Shown piece by piece: positions 13,005-26,800 of a stretch of 64,000 nucleotides of DNA. Every line of letters starts with the position of its first letter. The first letter of the stretch is position 1. Both the position numbers and the translations under genes were made by a program. Origin of the DNA: Adineta vaga (lineage: Eukaryota; Animalia; Rotifera); NCBI GenBank assembly GCA_021613535.1, contig CP075493.1, forward strand, positions 4,960,001 to 5,024,000, given 5' to 3'. Below the pieces are notes generated by a model. It saw only the letters and a program-made list of their open reading frames with translations, ran no database searches and had not been told where the DNA came from.

Positions 13005-14735
13005 AAATTACCCTTTTAGACTATGAACAATTCATTTTTGCGTGTATAAATATAATATTCTATATTTCTGAAATTCTACTCAAATAAATCATTTTACCAA
13101 ACAATACTTTTGTTATTTTTCCTACCGACACATCCACTATTTGCATTGCTCATTCCGATGGACTAGAATCAGTTTATACCACAATCTATTATTCATCTTT
13201 AGCACTTTAAGTGTTAGAAACTATGGTCAATATGTTGTTTGTATCACTTCTACCAAAGTTTTTATCGTTGACAGCTACCACATGTCATATAATCGTTTTC
13301 TTTAGCGTAACAAACTGCTTATCTAAATTCTTCGTGTAATTTTATATTTATTTTTCAACTCAATTTCTTTTTTTCCTAATCGTTCATGTTTGATGTCGTA
13401 ATCTGATTTTTTTATTAAAAATATATTTATTTCGTTATTTTCTCAACTATTTAGTTATAGCAAGTGAGTTTTTTTTATGAAAGTCCTTTCCTGCAGTAGT
13501 TGCTTCAGCAGTTTTTACAGAAGAATGAGAATTAGTGAAAAAAAGAATTCTAATGTGTATTTGTAATATCGTGGTGCTCAAACTGTCATCTACTAGTCTA
13601 GGCAATTGATTTTTGGAACGAAAGAAATTATTCAATATTTCTTCAAAATTCCTGTTTTGTTATTTAGTTGTTGTTTTCGGTCTTTTTACGATTAAAGTTG
13701 ATAATCATATAAGAAACTAACAATACATTGTGGTCATATACAAATCTTGTTGCACTGGACAGTAGTGTAAAGGAAGAAGACTAATATGATATTGAAAAAC
13801 AAGAATGATTCAAAAGAGTTCGTATTCAGGACATATATAAAGAAACGAAGAGAAGAAAACGAAAAACAATCAACAAATTGTTTCACATAGTAAAATATAT
13901 ACCATACTAAAAGAACGAATAGAACCATAAAGAATATTCCATAGCTGGTATTCGGTATGAATGTGACTTTTAGTATATGAAAATGAGAGACATGCAGAAA
14001 GTTATTTGCATACCTTTCTTATTTCTATGGTATCTCTCTCTCTCTTTTACGTTGTCATAGTCAATTTCTACTATACAGATTGAAATTCTTAACGGTACTA
14101 TGTGCATAAATATATTGAATGTTTTTGTCATCAAAAGAAACAATATATGCCAAGAGAAATATTCGAATAGCTTCATCATAAAACAATGGTATTTAACATC
14201 AATAATTTATTTTATTTCTAAACAATAAAGATCAATGATAGATGATACTATTGAGCAACGAATCAACTCTCAGAGTCTAACACAGTATCAATGCCTTCAA
14301 ATTTTGTCATCATATGTTATCGTCAGAGATATACACGGATGATCCGTTTATTTTCAATTTTATACCAAAAATCCTCTATTCAACTGATTACATAACTATA
14401 AAACATATTATTAGTCATTAATATAAATATAACCTCAATCACTTTGTGAGAAAACCGAAGGTTCTTTTTCTTTTTCTTGATCAGATGAATTACCGATGAC
14501 AATATTGCATTTCTCTATAACTTTTCGTCTGTTCTTTTAACGTCATCGATTTTTTTTTCAAGGCTGACGTTTTTCTCTCCCATTTTCTTTCTTTCTCTTT
14601 GCAACATATACATTTCTTCGTATCTCAATCATACTTCACGTGATAATCCAAACATTCGTTTTTTATTGATTTTCAGATTGAAATATTCTCTGTCTTAACA
14701 ATAAAATCTATTAAACAAAATTCCCATCGTCATTT

Positions 14736-15341
14736 ATGGCATATCGTATACGTCGTGAATCTATGGAACATTTGGATCTTTATGATTTAGATAAAATAAA
14801 TAATATTATGTCATTTAGAAATCGTCGATTACCTCCACCTATACCTGCGCCTCGTAAACATCGACGTCAACTACCGACAAATGTTACTTTTGAACGTTAT
14901 CATTTTCTTTGTAATATGAATCGTCATAAAACAGATCCCATATATGCAGCGGTACCAATGTTTAAAACACTGCCACCTTCAATCTATATTAAACCTCGTC
15001 GACAATTACTTGGTACATATTTTCCTACAAATATTATTAGACCATTGAAGAATAAAGCGAATAAGTCAACTGAATCCGAAAATGTAGACGAAAATGACTA
15101 TGAAAACAAGAGAGATGAAGTAGAACAAATTAGTAATGATGATGATGATGATGATGATCACCGTGCTGCTTCAGACAACGACGATGATGATAATGATACG
15201 GAAAATCAATCGGATGAAAGTAGTAGTAGTAGTAGTAGTAGCTCTAGGGACAATGATGATGATGGTGACGATATTTTGGATGATGATAACAATGATAATC
15301 AAACTGTTGTTGAACAAATATTCAATCGTGATAAAAATTAA
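14736..15341 (+). CDS. Orphan 201-aa protein: basic/Pro-rich N-half, Asp/Ser-rich disordered C-half
   Basis: Single long ORF with coding-like composition and a splice acceptor (TTTTCAG) just upstream. No recognised domain. Confidence 0.55.
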   Translation: MAYRIRRESMEHLDLYDLDKINNIMSFRNRRLPPPIPAPRKHRRQLPTNVTFERYHFLCNMNRHKTDPIYAAVPMFKTLPPSIYIKPRRQLLGTYFPTNIIRPLKNKANKSTESENVDENDYENKRDEVEQISNDDDDDDDHRAASDNDDDDNDTENQSDESSSSSSSSSRDNDDDGDDILDDDNNDNQTVVEQIFNRDKN

Positions 15342-16615
15342 AATATTATTTTGATTTCGTAAATGTACCATATAAAAATATAATTGAATAGAGCAATATA
15401 AATCTCTTTGTCTACTTAAGTACAACTATTTCATTGAATATTCTTTGGTATTCATAATTCTTTTTATGAATATATGATTAGTGGTTAAATTTTATTAGCT
15501 GAGTAGAAGTCATGTTGGTACTATGAGCATCCTCTCTGTCTGTCTCTCCCTCTCTCTTACACATATGATCCTACATATAATTTCTATACTTATCCAGTTA
15601 CATATTTATTTATCTTCTTTTAGTCGTTTATATACAAAAACTTATCTAGTTGTTGAAATAAACTAAAATATTGATGGAGAACACACCGATCATTTTCAAA
15701 TAGAAAATTTCTTGAACATATGATTTCATCTGTATTGTCCATTTTGATAATATAGATATTACATCAATCTGGAATAGCAAGCTTTAAGCTTATATATGTT
15801 TTTTCTAGAACACATCCTTGACCTTGGGAAACATAATTGTATAGATGAAGAAAAACGAGTTATGTCTTGTTCCGTCAGTGTATTCTCTCGAATAAACGTA
15901 TTCATCAATAAAGATTGATACCGTTTGTTATATTTCCTTTTATTTTCCTGTTGTTGTTGTTATTATTATTATTGTTCTTTTTATTGAGTGCATAAATATT
16001 AATTAATTCAAGCATTTTTTTTTCTTGCTTAAACTATCGTCATTTTGAGTAGAAACAAAGACGTATCAAAGTTTCTTTTGTATTTTCTGAGATGAAGACA
16101 AAATGAATCATATGTGTTGTTACAAAGTTATAGTATATCTCCTATCATCGTTGATTTCCCCCCACATACACAACAACGTCAAACAATCTGAATTGTACAG
16201 AAGACGAGTATATATATATATATTCAGCTACGCATAATGATGCGTTCTGTTTCTTTTCTACTAATCGACATCCCACCCATTTGGTTCTCAACAACACAAC
16301 TCAAATAACGGTGCAGACAACATCAGCAATAACGTTGCCTTCTCTTCTTTTGCGCTTTTTCCGCATCATCAATGTGTACAGACAGAGATGTGCCTTGTAT
16401 AACAGAGAAGAACATAGGAAAAAAAAGTCGACAGATATAGCTCTATATTCTTATATCAGCAGCTACGATTGTCCCTTGTGTATAAAACGTTATTCTACAC
16501 AGGTAGATAAAACATTCACATAGAAAACTTTTGTCTACGAAAGAGAATTAATTAATTCAATCATTGATGTTTTTTCTTCTTATTTTTTTAGAATAATGCA
16601 TTGAAATTTTATGCA

Positions 16616-19455
16616 ATGACTAGCACAGAGAAATCCAATGATGCAAAATCAGCGTCATCAACAACAAAAACTAATACAAAAGAGAGAATTTGTAATACCG
16701 TTCCAGAACCACCTGCACGTCGTCTTGATATTCAAGATTTATTTTCTAATCCATCCGATTCAAAATCTAAACCTGATTTAGAAAAACTTAAACAACATCT
16801 TCTACTTGAAGGTCGTGTTACTGAACAAGCTGCACTTCGAATAATTCAATCCGGTAAATAATATCCATATAAAACCAGAAAGTCAACTGTTTTTTTGTTT
16901 TTTTTTCGACATATCAACATCGCTAATAAGATATTTCTTCATTTATACATTATTTTTAGATTAAATGAAGATAAGTCCTTTGTACCCTAGCTTTTGGATA
17001 TATGTACATAATAATAGTCTTGCACATTTCTCTAATACTTTATATGTATTCTCATCAGAGAAAACTCATTTAGATAACAGATGTTTTGCATCAAAGTTTG
17101 ATTAGTTTTCAAAATCAGATGAATGCCATATATATTATCTATAGAGACAAAAAAAGAAGAAGATTAAAGATTTAGAACTCTTATGCATTTTTATTGAATT
17201 ATAGGTGCTGCTATCCTTCGTGAAGAACCAACATTATTAACTGTTGATGCGCCAGTGACAATCTGTGGTGATATTCATGGTCAACTGTATGATTTAATGA
17301 AGTATGAAAAATTGAATTATTTATAGAATCAGTCGCTTTTAATTTGATTTCGTTTTCCTATAAATAGATTATTTGAAGTTGGTGGTTCACCATCGGATAC
17401 TCCTTATTTATTCCTTGGTGATTATGTTGATCGTGGCTATTTTGGAATCGAATGGTTTGATAAGATCTTTGCATTCAACTCTATTCTTCTTTCTATCTTT
17501 AGTGTACTTTATTTATTCTCATTGAAAATTCACTATTCGAAAACATTTTTTTTACTTCGAGGAAATCATGAATGTCGACATTTGACAGATTATTTTACGT
17601 AAGAGAACATGAATGATTTCGTTTGAAATAATAATTCTTTTAAAAATTTAGTTTCAAACAAGAATGTCAAGTGAAATATACAGAGACGATTTATGATGCT
17701 TGTATGGAAGCATTCGATTGTCTTCCATTAGCAGCTATTATGAATAATCAATTTCTATGTGTACATGGTGGACTTTCACCTGAAGTTCAGACATTAGATG
17801 ATATTAAACAAGTAAATCATCTTAAGATTTCTGTCAATTATGTAGACATTCGTCTTTTTAGTTAGTTTGTATTGATTCGAGAAAGTCAATGAAGTCTATT
17901 AGCCTAATAATTGTCGAGAAAAATACGAACTAAGTCGAATTATCTCAGCAGTACGGAATATCAATAATAATGGCTAAAAGATAGAATATTTTCTTTTCCT
18001 TCTTTATGAAAAGGTCGTCTTCGAGGCTAGATAGAAGGCCACTCTGAAACAGATTTCTTGCTTAATTACTTCAGTTTTCTATAGGATTATACTTTCTTTA
18101 TCAGAAATTTCAACTAATTTAGATCTGTTCGTTACTTTAAAATATCAAATAGATCTAATAATTCTTGACAAATATCTTTTTTATTCCCATATATATATAT
18201 AATATCACATAGTTGCATCAAAGAAATCATCGAAAGGTTAAATGTATCCAATAAGACAGTTATAGTATTTCTTTGTCATTAATGATTAAATTATTATTGA
18301 CAATTCGTTTTTCCTTAGTTGGATCGATTTCATGAACCGCCAGCACATGGTGCTATGTGTGATCTTTTATGGTCTGATCCTGCTGAAGATTATGGAAATG
18401 AAAAAGGTTCATTAACATTAGTGGCAACACGTCGTATGAGTGCACCAGCTAAAACAGTGACAGCATCAACGAATGGATCATCTTTATTTTTACCGAATGC
18501 TACACGTGGTTGTTCGTATTTTTATACATATGCTGCTGTCAATGAATTTCTTGTCCGTAATCAGATACTTTCAGTAATTCGTGCTCATGAAGCTCAAGAT
18601 ATTGGTTATCGAATGTATAAAAAATCTCCGGATACGGGTTTTCCATCATTAATAACACTATTCTCAGCACCAAATTATTGTGATGTTTATCAAAATAAAG
18701 CAGCAATTATGAAATATGAAAATAATGTTGTTAATATTCGACAATTTAATTGTTCACCACATCCATATTGGTTACCGAATTTTATGAATGTTTTTTCATG
18801 GTCATTGCCATTTGTTGGAGAAAAAATCAATGATGTTCTTTTGAAAATTCTTAACATATGTACAGATGAAGAATTAGCTGAAATTGATGAACATATTGAT
18901 TCATTAATTGAACGTAATCAAATGGAACAACGTAAAGAACAAATTCGATCGAAAATACGTGCCGTTGGTAAAGTTGCTAAAACCTATCAAACTTTACGAG
19001 AATTAAGTGAAAATGTTGTTACATTACGTGGTCTAACACCATCGAATAGTTTAAATGAATTAGATAAAGAAATAGCGAGTGAAGCAGAGGCTGCTGCAGC
19101 GATTCTTCGAGAAAAATCTTCGTCAACTAAAGAACGTTTTTCGCAAGTGAAAATTCTCGATCAAGTTAATGAACGTATGCCACCACCAAAGAATGCTAAT
19201 TCAGTAGGTGGTCCAAGTGTTGCTGAACGTATTAAACGAGCATCAAATGTTAATCAATCATCGCAACCAGTTAAAAGAGAAACACCATCTGCTGTTCTCG
19301 CTGGTGTTTCACAACAAGGAATCGTGAGAATGCGTCGTGAAAGTTATGCTGGTGTACCAACGTCAGCAGTTCGACGTTCACCAACACCAGTTGTCGATAT
19401 ACCAAAACTTGTTGATGGAAAATCAACAACAACAACAACAACAACGAAACAATAA
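16616..19455 (+). CDS. PPP3CA: Calcineurin A (Ser/Thr phosphatase 2B catalytic subunit), divergent
   Basis: GDIHGQ, GDYVDRG and RGNHE motifs; [31 protein letters not shown] (CnB-binding helix); [14 protein letters not shown] (CaM-binding); DQVNERMPP (autoinhibitory domain). Confidence 0.93.
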
Positions 19456-19656
19456 TCTTTATTTCTATCGATCAGCAGACCGGGCTATGACCCTTGTTTT
19501 ATTTGTTTCTTTGTCCGCCTCGTTTTTTCTTTCCTTCTTTATAATTCTAATTCTTATTTTTCTTTTCGTTTGTTTGTTTTTATTAACATTATTTTAAACC
19601 CACATATTTATTTTAAAAAGCAAAATATAGAACAAGAGACAAGATTTGATCTAGCT

Positions 19657-20451
19657 TTATATCACCATTAGAAATTGAATGATACAGATGGATAGAAATC
19701 GAATACGACAAAAAGAAACTGATTGCATCGATGACACAATGATATTATCACTGTTTTTATCTTGAAAAAATGAACGTGTAGTATCTTTAGCATCTGAACA
19801 TAGTATACGCTGTTGACTGTCATTATTACAAGCACGTACACCCATCGTATGGTTAATACCAAAAACATAATTTTTACCGATTTCATAAGAGATGGCTGTA
19901 TTACTTAAATAAGGCAATTTTTCAATTCCGTCAATTGTTATACGATAATTATCGATGGGACCATGTGGAAAATTTGGTGGTGTCCATGTCAATCGTAAAC
20001 GTTGTTTATGGAGTGCAATTTGAATATTTCCGGGAGATGATGGTCGTGAAACATCAGTTCGTCTTGTATAGGTTTTAATCTCATTCACTTGTGAACAATT
20101 TAAATCAAAGGAATACATTGTATATGTTTCTAAGTTATTGATAACAACGAAACCTTTTGAAGTGCCAGAATGAAATTTTACAGGTACATAATTGCCTGTT
20201 TTATTCATTTGAACATGGCATGAACATGGAGAAATACAATTTGATAATTCAACATTGAGACTAACATTAATTTATATTGAAACATAAAAGTACGAGTACG
20301 ACACTGAATAGAAATGATCTACTTACGTAATACTATCATTCGTAATTATTGGTATATCAAATAATGTTGCAGAAAATGTAACGATTTCTGTAGTAACAAT
20401 CATATTAAACATATAAAGTATAACAGTAAGATGAATGAATGAGTGAACCAT
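19657..20451 (-). CDS. Small secreted or GPI-anchored fibronectin type III domain protein (2 exons)
   Basis: N-terminal hydrophobic leader (MVHSFIHLTVILYMFNMIV); FN3 signature PSSPGNIQI..LRLTWTPPNFPHGPIDNYRITI..VRACN; hydrophobic C-terminus. Confidence 0.7.
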
Positions 20452-20833
20452 CTTTGTGACAATTATTCAATTATCAGACGAAAAATGGCGCATTTTATGT
20501 ATGAATGTGAAATGAAATTTTCATACTCTGTTGCAATTTCTCTTCATGAAATTTTCAAAATTGATGAAATCATCTTGTAATTCTCATTTTCTATACTTAA
20601 TCTTTATTGTCGAATAATTAAATCAAATAATTTTATGAAGAATTCTAGCTTTTCTTTGATTTAATTGACAGATGACATTTAGCGACATCTCTTTTTCGTT
20701 TCTTTCTCAAACCAACATAGAAACGATTGTCATCGTTACTCACTTACAAAACACAATCGATGGATGAATGTTTTTTAATCTATATGTTCATTTCTAAATT
20801 TGTAGATTGCCTACAAACCTATCAAACAGAATC

Positions 20834-23800
20834 ATGATGTTCGATCAAAAACCACCGAATGATACCGGTGGTCCATCATTTTCATTACCAAATTATGAAA
20901 GTAAGGTCGTTGCTCCAAGAAATCCAACGTTAAATCGTGGTCCAAAGATTGAGCCAAAAGTATGTTGATAGTGATATTTGATCGATAGATTTCAATAAAT
21001 ATTTTCTATATATCTTTTTTCTCGTTTAGTTTATACCTTCGACATTTTTGAAAGAAATGTCTCTAGATACCCAACAAAAATTACTTAATACAAGAGAAAT
21101 GTATCTGCCGAAAATCATCGCTCTTTCGGATATGGCTGAAACATCATTACAAACAGTAAGTATTTTGAACTATCGATAATCTCAATTTCATATATGAATA
21201 TCTTCAAAATAGACAACAAAAGTTGATATTGATGAACCTCTCTTTCAACCATATCCATCAGATATCACTTTTCAAAAATATGAACCATTTCATACATATG
21301 AAGTACCTCTATTACTTCGAAATAACGATAAGGTAAGATTAGTTTCATGTTTAACTAAATATTTCTATTCATTTTTTTTTAATCTGATTTTTCATCAATA
21401 GGTAGCAAGAGCTGTGAAAGTAACACAAGTTGATACACCATATTTTACAATTGTTGCACCACCGAATGCATTTCAAAAAGTTGCACCTGGTGTAGCACTT
21501 GTATTTCGTATACAATTTAAACCAGAAGAACAACGAGTATGTATTTAGTTTTCATATTATAGAAAAATAAACTTTGCTTCTAGGATTACACTCATGAACT
21601 TTTAATTGCAACTGAACGTGAAAAATTTCTCATACCTATTCGAGCAATTGGTGCTCGTGCTATTCTAGATTTTCCAGACGATATTACATTTCCAACGACA
21701 GCTGTCAAAAGTACAAATATGAGTAAAGTTCTATTCGTTCGAAATATTGGCAATCGTGAAGCTCGTTTTGTTTTACAAGTTAATAAGTAAGTTTCTTTTA
21801 GATTTCTTTGACTAGAAAAAATAATCAATTTCGTTCTAGACCGTTTATTGTTTCACCTGAAAATGGTCTTTTACCTGTGAGTGAAAGTATGCAAGTCACT
21901 GTTGATTTTCAACCAACTGTCAATGGTGAAATGAAAGATGAACTTGTCATATCATATGATACTGGTTTGTATATCGATCTGATATATAAAATAAAGACGA
22001 ATTGATTTCATTTAGGAGAAAAAGTATATATCAATGTTTATGGTGTTGCTCAAGATATTAATGTTCGATTAGAGAAAAGTTCGATTCATTTTGAACAAAC
22101 ATATTTAGATATGATTAATCAACGTACAGTAACATTATCGAATCGTAGTAATCAATTAGTACATTTTCAATGGAAACAATTTGCTACAGAACGTGAAGAA
22201 GAACAACAGAAATTAAGACAACTTCATGCATTATCTGAAGAAGAGATCGATGCATTACAGAAACTCAATGGTAATCATTGAATATAAAGAAAAACCTTCG
22301 ATATATATATATATATACAAAATCTCTGTTTTTAGTCAATACAAATGAATCACCATCGGCCGGTCCATTTGATTTTGGTGTATTAATTCAACGTACATTT
22401 GTTAATCATCGTCGTCAATTAACTGCTGAATCATATTTATTTGCTCATTCAAATTATCGTATTGATCCTATTGAAGGTGATATATGGCCAGGTGGTACAC
22501 TAGATATTCAAGTTCTATTTAAACCAAACGAAGCACGTTCATATAAACAAACAGCATGGCTTGATGTAGTTGGTCGTGAACAACGTTTACCATTAGTTTT
22601 ATCAGGTGATGGTCAAGGTGCGAAATTAGAAGCATCATTTTCTGTCTTAGATGTCGGTTGTGTTTATGTTGGTTCAACACATCTCTATGAAGTTGTTTTA
22701 GCTAATAAAGGTTTTATTGAAGCACGTTATCGTATTCCTCAAATGGAATCTGGTTTTAGTTCATGTTTTCTATTTGATCCATCATCTGGAACTATTCCAG
22801 TAGATAATTATCAAGCTATACAAGTAACATTTCATAGTGATCAACTTGGTCAATTTGAACAAACATTTCATGTTCTTATCGAAGGAAATCCTAATCCAGT
22901 AGAAATTGTTTTTCAAGGACAAGTCATTGGTCCAACATTTTATTTTGATCAAGCACAATTGAAATATGGTCTTGTTTCCTATGGATTTCTAACAACTTTA
23001 CCATGCCGATTATATAATACATCACTTGTTCCAATGCCATTTCGATTACATATTGATCAAGATAAACATAAGAAAACTAGACGAAATTCTTTCACTGATG
23101 ATGATAATGAAAATGAAGATTATACAACAAATGATGAATTTCATATTAGACCATCTCATGGAACTATTCCACCACAAAGTGATCTAACACTCTATGTTGA
23201 TTTCGTACCAAAAGCAATTAAAAAATATGATACTTTTCTACAAGTTGATATTGATGGTGTAGGAAAAAATATCTTTTCATTACCAATTACAGCAAAGTAA
23301 GAACAAATATTTATCCTATTCGTATTAATTTTCGATCTATATATTTTAAAGGAGTACTGTTCCTCGTGTAACACTACATAATGAAACAATGGATCTAGGT
23401 CGAACATTCCTCAATCATCCTAATGAACGTTATGTTCGTTTACAAAATTCAACAAGTCTTCCAATGCGTTATCAATTTATATATCCTCGTTCTGGACGTT
23501 TACAATTTGATTCTATTGAACGTGAAGGTGTCGTTGAAGCAAATACGACACGAGATATTCCATTAACAGTAACTGTCAAACAACTTGGTGACATTACAGA
23601 AAAACTTGAAATTCATCGAGTTGGTGCACGTGATGCATCATTAGAATTACAAATCACAGCAACAGGTACAGGTCCTGTTTTATTTATTGATCCAAGTGAA
23701 TTACGTTTTGGTACAATCAGTGTGCTTGATGAACATACACAAATTCTTTCATTATCGAATGAATCTCCAATTCCAGCTGTATTTCAATGTGAATCCGAAA

Positions 23801-26800
23801 AGAAAAATTCCTGTTTTTCTTGTGTACCTAATACGGGCGTCGTTGAACCTCATACATCAATGGATATTCGTGTCATTGCTAAACTTAATGATCGTCTCAA
23901 GTAAACATAGTCGTTGACGTATGAATGTTTTCTTCATAACTATTTTCTCTTTTAGATTCAATGAAAATCTTATCATTAACGTTGAACATAGCATACCTTG
24001 TACGATACCAATTACAGCACAAGGAACAGGTGCATTGATTGTACCTGATGTTCCAATAATTCCTTGTCTTAATTTGGGTTCACGTTTTGTTGGAACATCA
24101 ATTGTTCAACGAATTCATTTTACGAATAAAGGTCGTCGTCAATTAGCTGTTCATTTTATTTCTGCAAGCGATACAAAAGCGGCTTATGGTATACAAAGAA
24201 AACCGAAAACAAATACGAAAGAACCTGAAGTTGATCCATTAGCTGATTTAACATTTCGTCTCGAACCTGAACGATTAGAATTTGCACCAGGTGAAACACG
24301 TCTATTAACTATCACAGGTTTTGCAGCACAACCAAAGACTGTCGATGAAGCATTCACATGCCTAGCTATTATTGGCCGTTCAACTGGTCGTGATAAATTA
24401 CTTTCATTGAAAATTCATTGTGATTTCGTCGAACCATTAATGTCATTTTCTAAAACGGATCTTCATTTTCGTGCAGAATATAATGAACAACGACAAATAG
24501 ATACTATTCGTGCACCAATTCCAACTGAATTAACATTTTCAAATATATCAGCCATTGATTTAACTGCACATCTTCGTGTGAAATATCCATTCTTATTGAA
24601 AAATGATACCAATGAAGAATTCGATTCACCTAGTCGTTTAGATAATATCGATGAAACCATAGCAGATATTCCACCAAATTTTACATTAACTAAAACAATT
24701 CAAATTTTAACTGGAATGAGTTATTCAGAAGTAGTTTATTTTGATCCAAGTGCTGATACAAAAGAAGTTTCATGGAAACGAGATGAACAATTAATATTTA
24801 CTTATGAAGAACATGCTTTTCATGTAAGTTTATCAACAATAAAATCAATTCTTTTCACTTATCTCATTATTGTAGGATACCATTCAACTTCATGGTGAAG
24901 TTCATTATCCAAATCTATCTATTGAACATACAGATCTTGATTTTGGATGTATTCTTAATGGTTCAGAAGTGACACGATTCTTAAATATGGTCAATGTCAG
25001 TCCATTACCTGTCAAATATCTTTGGACATTTGTTCTTGACGAAAATGAACCAATTTTTTCTTTTGAACCACAACCACAAACGAGTATTTCATATCCACAA
25101 TCTGATCAAACACAAATTCAAAGTGGACCTTGGTCTGAAAATGCTGGCGATCAACAACAAGATACACCACATGATAATACAACTTTAACACCGAAAATCG
25201 ATGAAATCTTCGACATTTCACCATTCTTTGGTAGTCTTCAACCAGGGTAAATTTCCTTTTCAAATATACAAGAAACAAAACCGTACGACACATTTTTCTT
25301 TTTTTTATTTCTTATTCTAGTGAAATTGAAAAAACAGCTATTCGTTTCTATGGTCGTCCAGGTATAACAGCCAATGTCAAAGCCATATGTCAAGTTGATA
25401 ATGGTCCGATCTATAAATTATCACTTCATGGTCAAGCATCATTTGTAGCCTATTCTTTGAATACACATAAACTTGATTTTGGTGATGTACATTTCGATAA
25501 ATCATCAATGCGTACATTAACATTAACAAATGTTGGTCAAGTTCCATTGGATTTTAAATTTTTAAATTTAAATAATTTAAATCTAACTGATCAACATGCA
25601 CATCTAACGATTGAACCAGAATTTGGTCTATGTCCAGCATCAACATCAATTGTTATAAGAATAAAATTTCTTCCGAATATTCCTGAACATTTTGAAAAGA
25701 CAATTTTTTTACAAATTGCACATTTTCGACCTGATGAAATACATTTAGTTGGTACGGGCATGTTTTCTCGATTAGAAATTAGTTTACCACGTTATATAAC
25801 GGAAAATTCTATGGAAGAAAAATTGTTCGAAAATATCAAAGATAAAATTGATGAATCCGAACGACAAGAACAACTTGATACACTTGTTGTACAAAATTTC
25901 GTGGAAAAATTCAATGAAAGTCTTCCTCATTTAATGGAATCGACTGAACAAGTAGCTGATTCTCAAATTCAACAATCTGTTCGATCAAGTAATATGTCAT
26001 TATCAACATCAACAACAACAAATTTATCAAAACGAACACCGAGTTCGAAATCTATGCCTATCTTACCAGATTATCTCGTTGATTTTGACTATGTAATTCT
26101 CGGAACTGTTCGACAGCAAATAATTCATATGAAAAATCCAACATCGAACAATATTACTTTTCAATTTGAACGTTTAGCTTATAAAAATACTGGCTTTTCA
26201 TTTGATTGTGATCGTATTAAAAATCTACCATCTGGAGAATCGATGATAGTAACAGTTACATTTGATCCACGTGGTGCTAATCTTGGTCTCGGACTAATTG
26301 AATGTCGAGTACCAGTAGAAGTAAATTTAAACATTGCTTGTCGTTAGAATAATGAATATCTAATTCTTATTTCCTCTTTCTTTATTAGGTGACATCAGGT
26401 CCTTCATTTCATTTACGTCTTAGAGCAAACGTAACCATGCCAGATTTAAATGCATCAAATGATACACTCGATTTTAGTATAGTTAAATGTGGTGAATGTA
26501 AAATTGCGACAATACAATTACGAAATCCAAAAGAAATTTCTTGTGAATGGGTTGCTGCTTATCCTGGAGTAAGAAATCGAGTAGAATTTGTTGTTCAATG
26601 TTTTTGTATGATCATCTTTCTTTTTTTTTTAGGAAGATTCAAATGGTAAACAAGCTGGTCGTTTTCCTCGCCGTGGAAATATTAGTAATAGAAAGAAACC
26701 ATCGACACGTATCTTCGAAGTTTTACCACCGTCAGGAATTATTCAAGCTGGTCAAAAAGTAAATGTTCAAATTAAATTTACACCAGCTGAAGACGTAATT

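Noticed and set aside
13447-14179. Short hydrophobic minus-strand ORFs, possibly a GPCR remnant
   Set aside because: Expected by chance in T-rich DNA; none of the local GPCR motifs are present.
15136-15425. Overlapping poly-Met and antisense ORFs
   Set aside because: Alternative frames of the GAT/AGT triplet repeats in the orphan gene.
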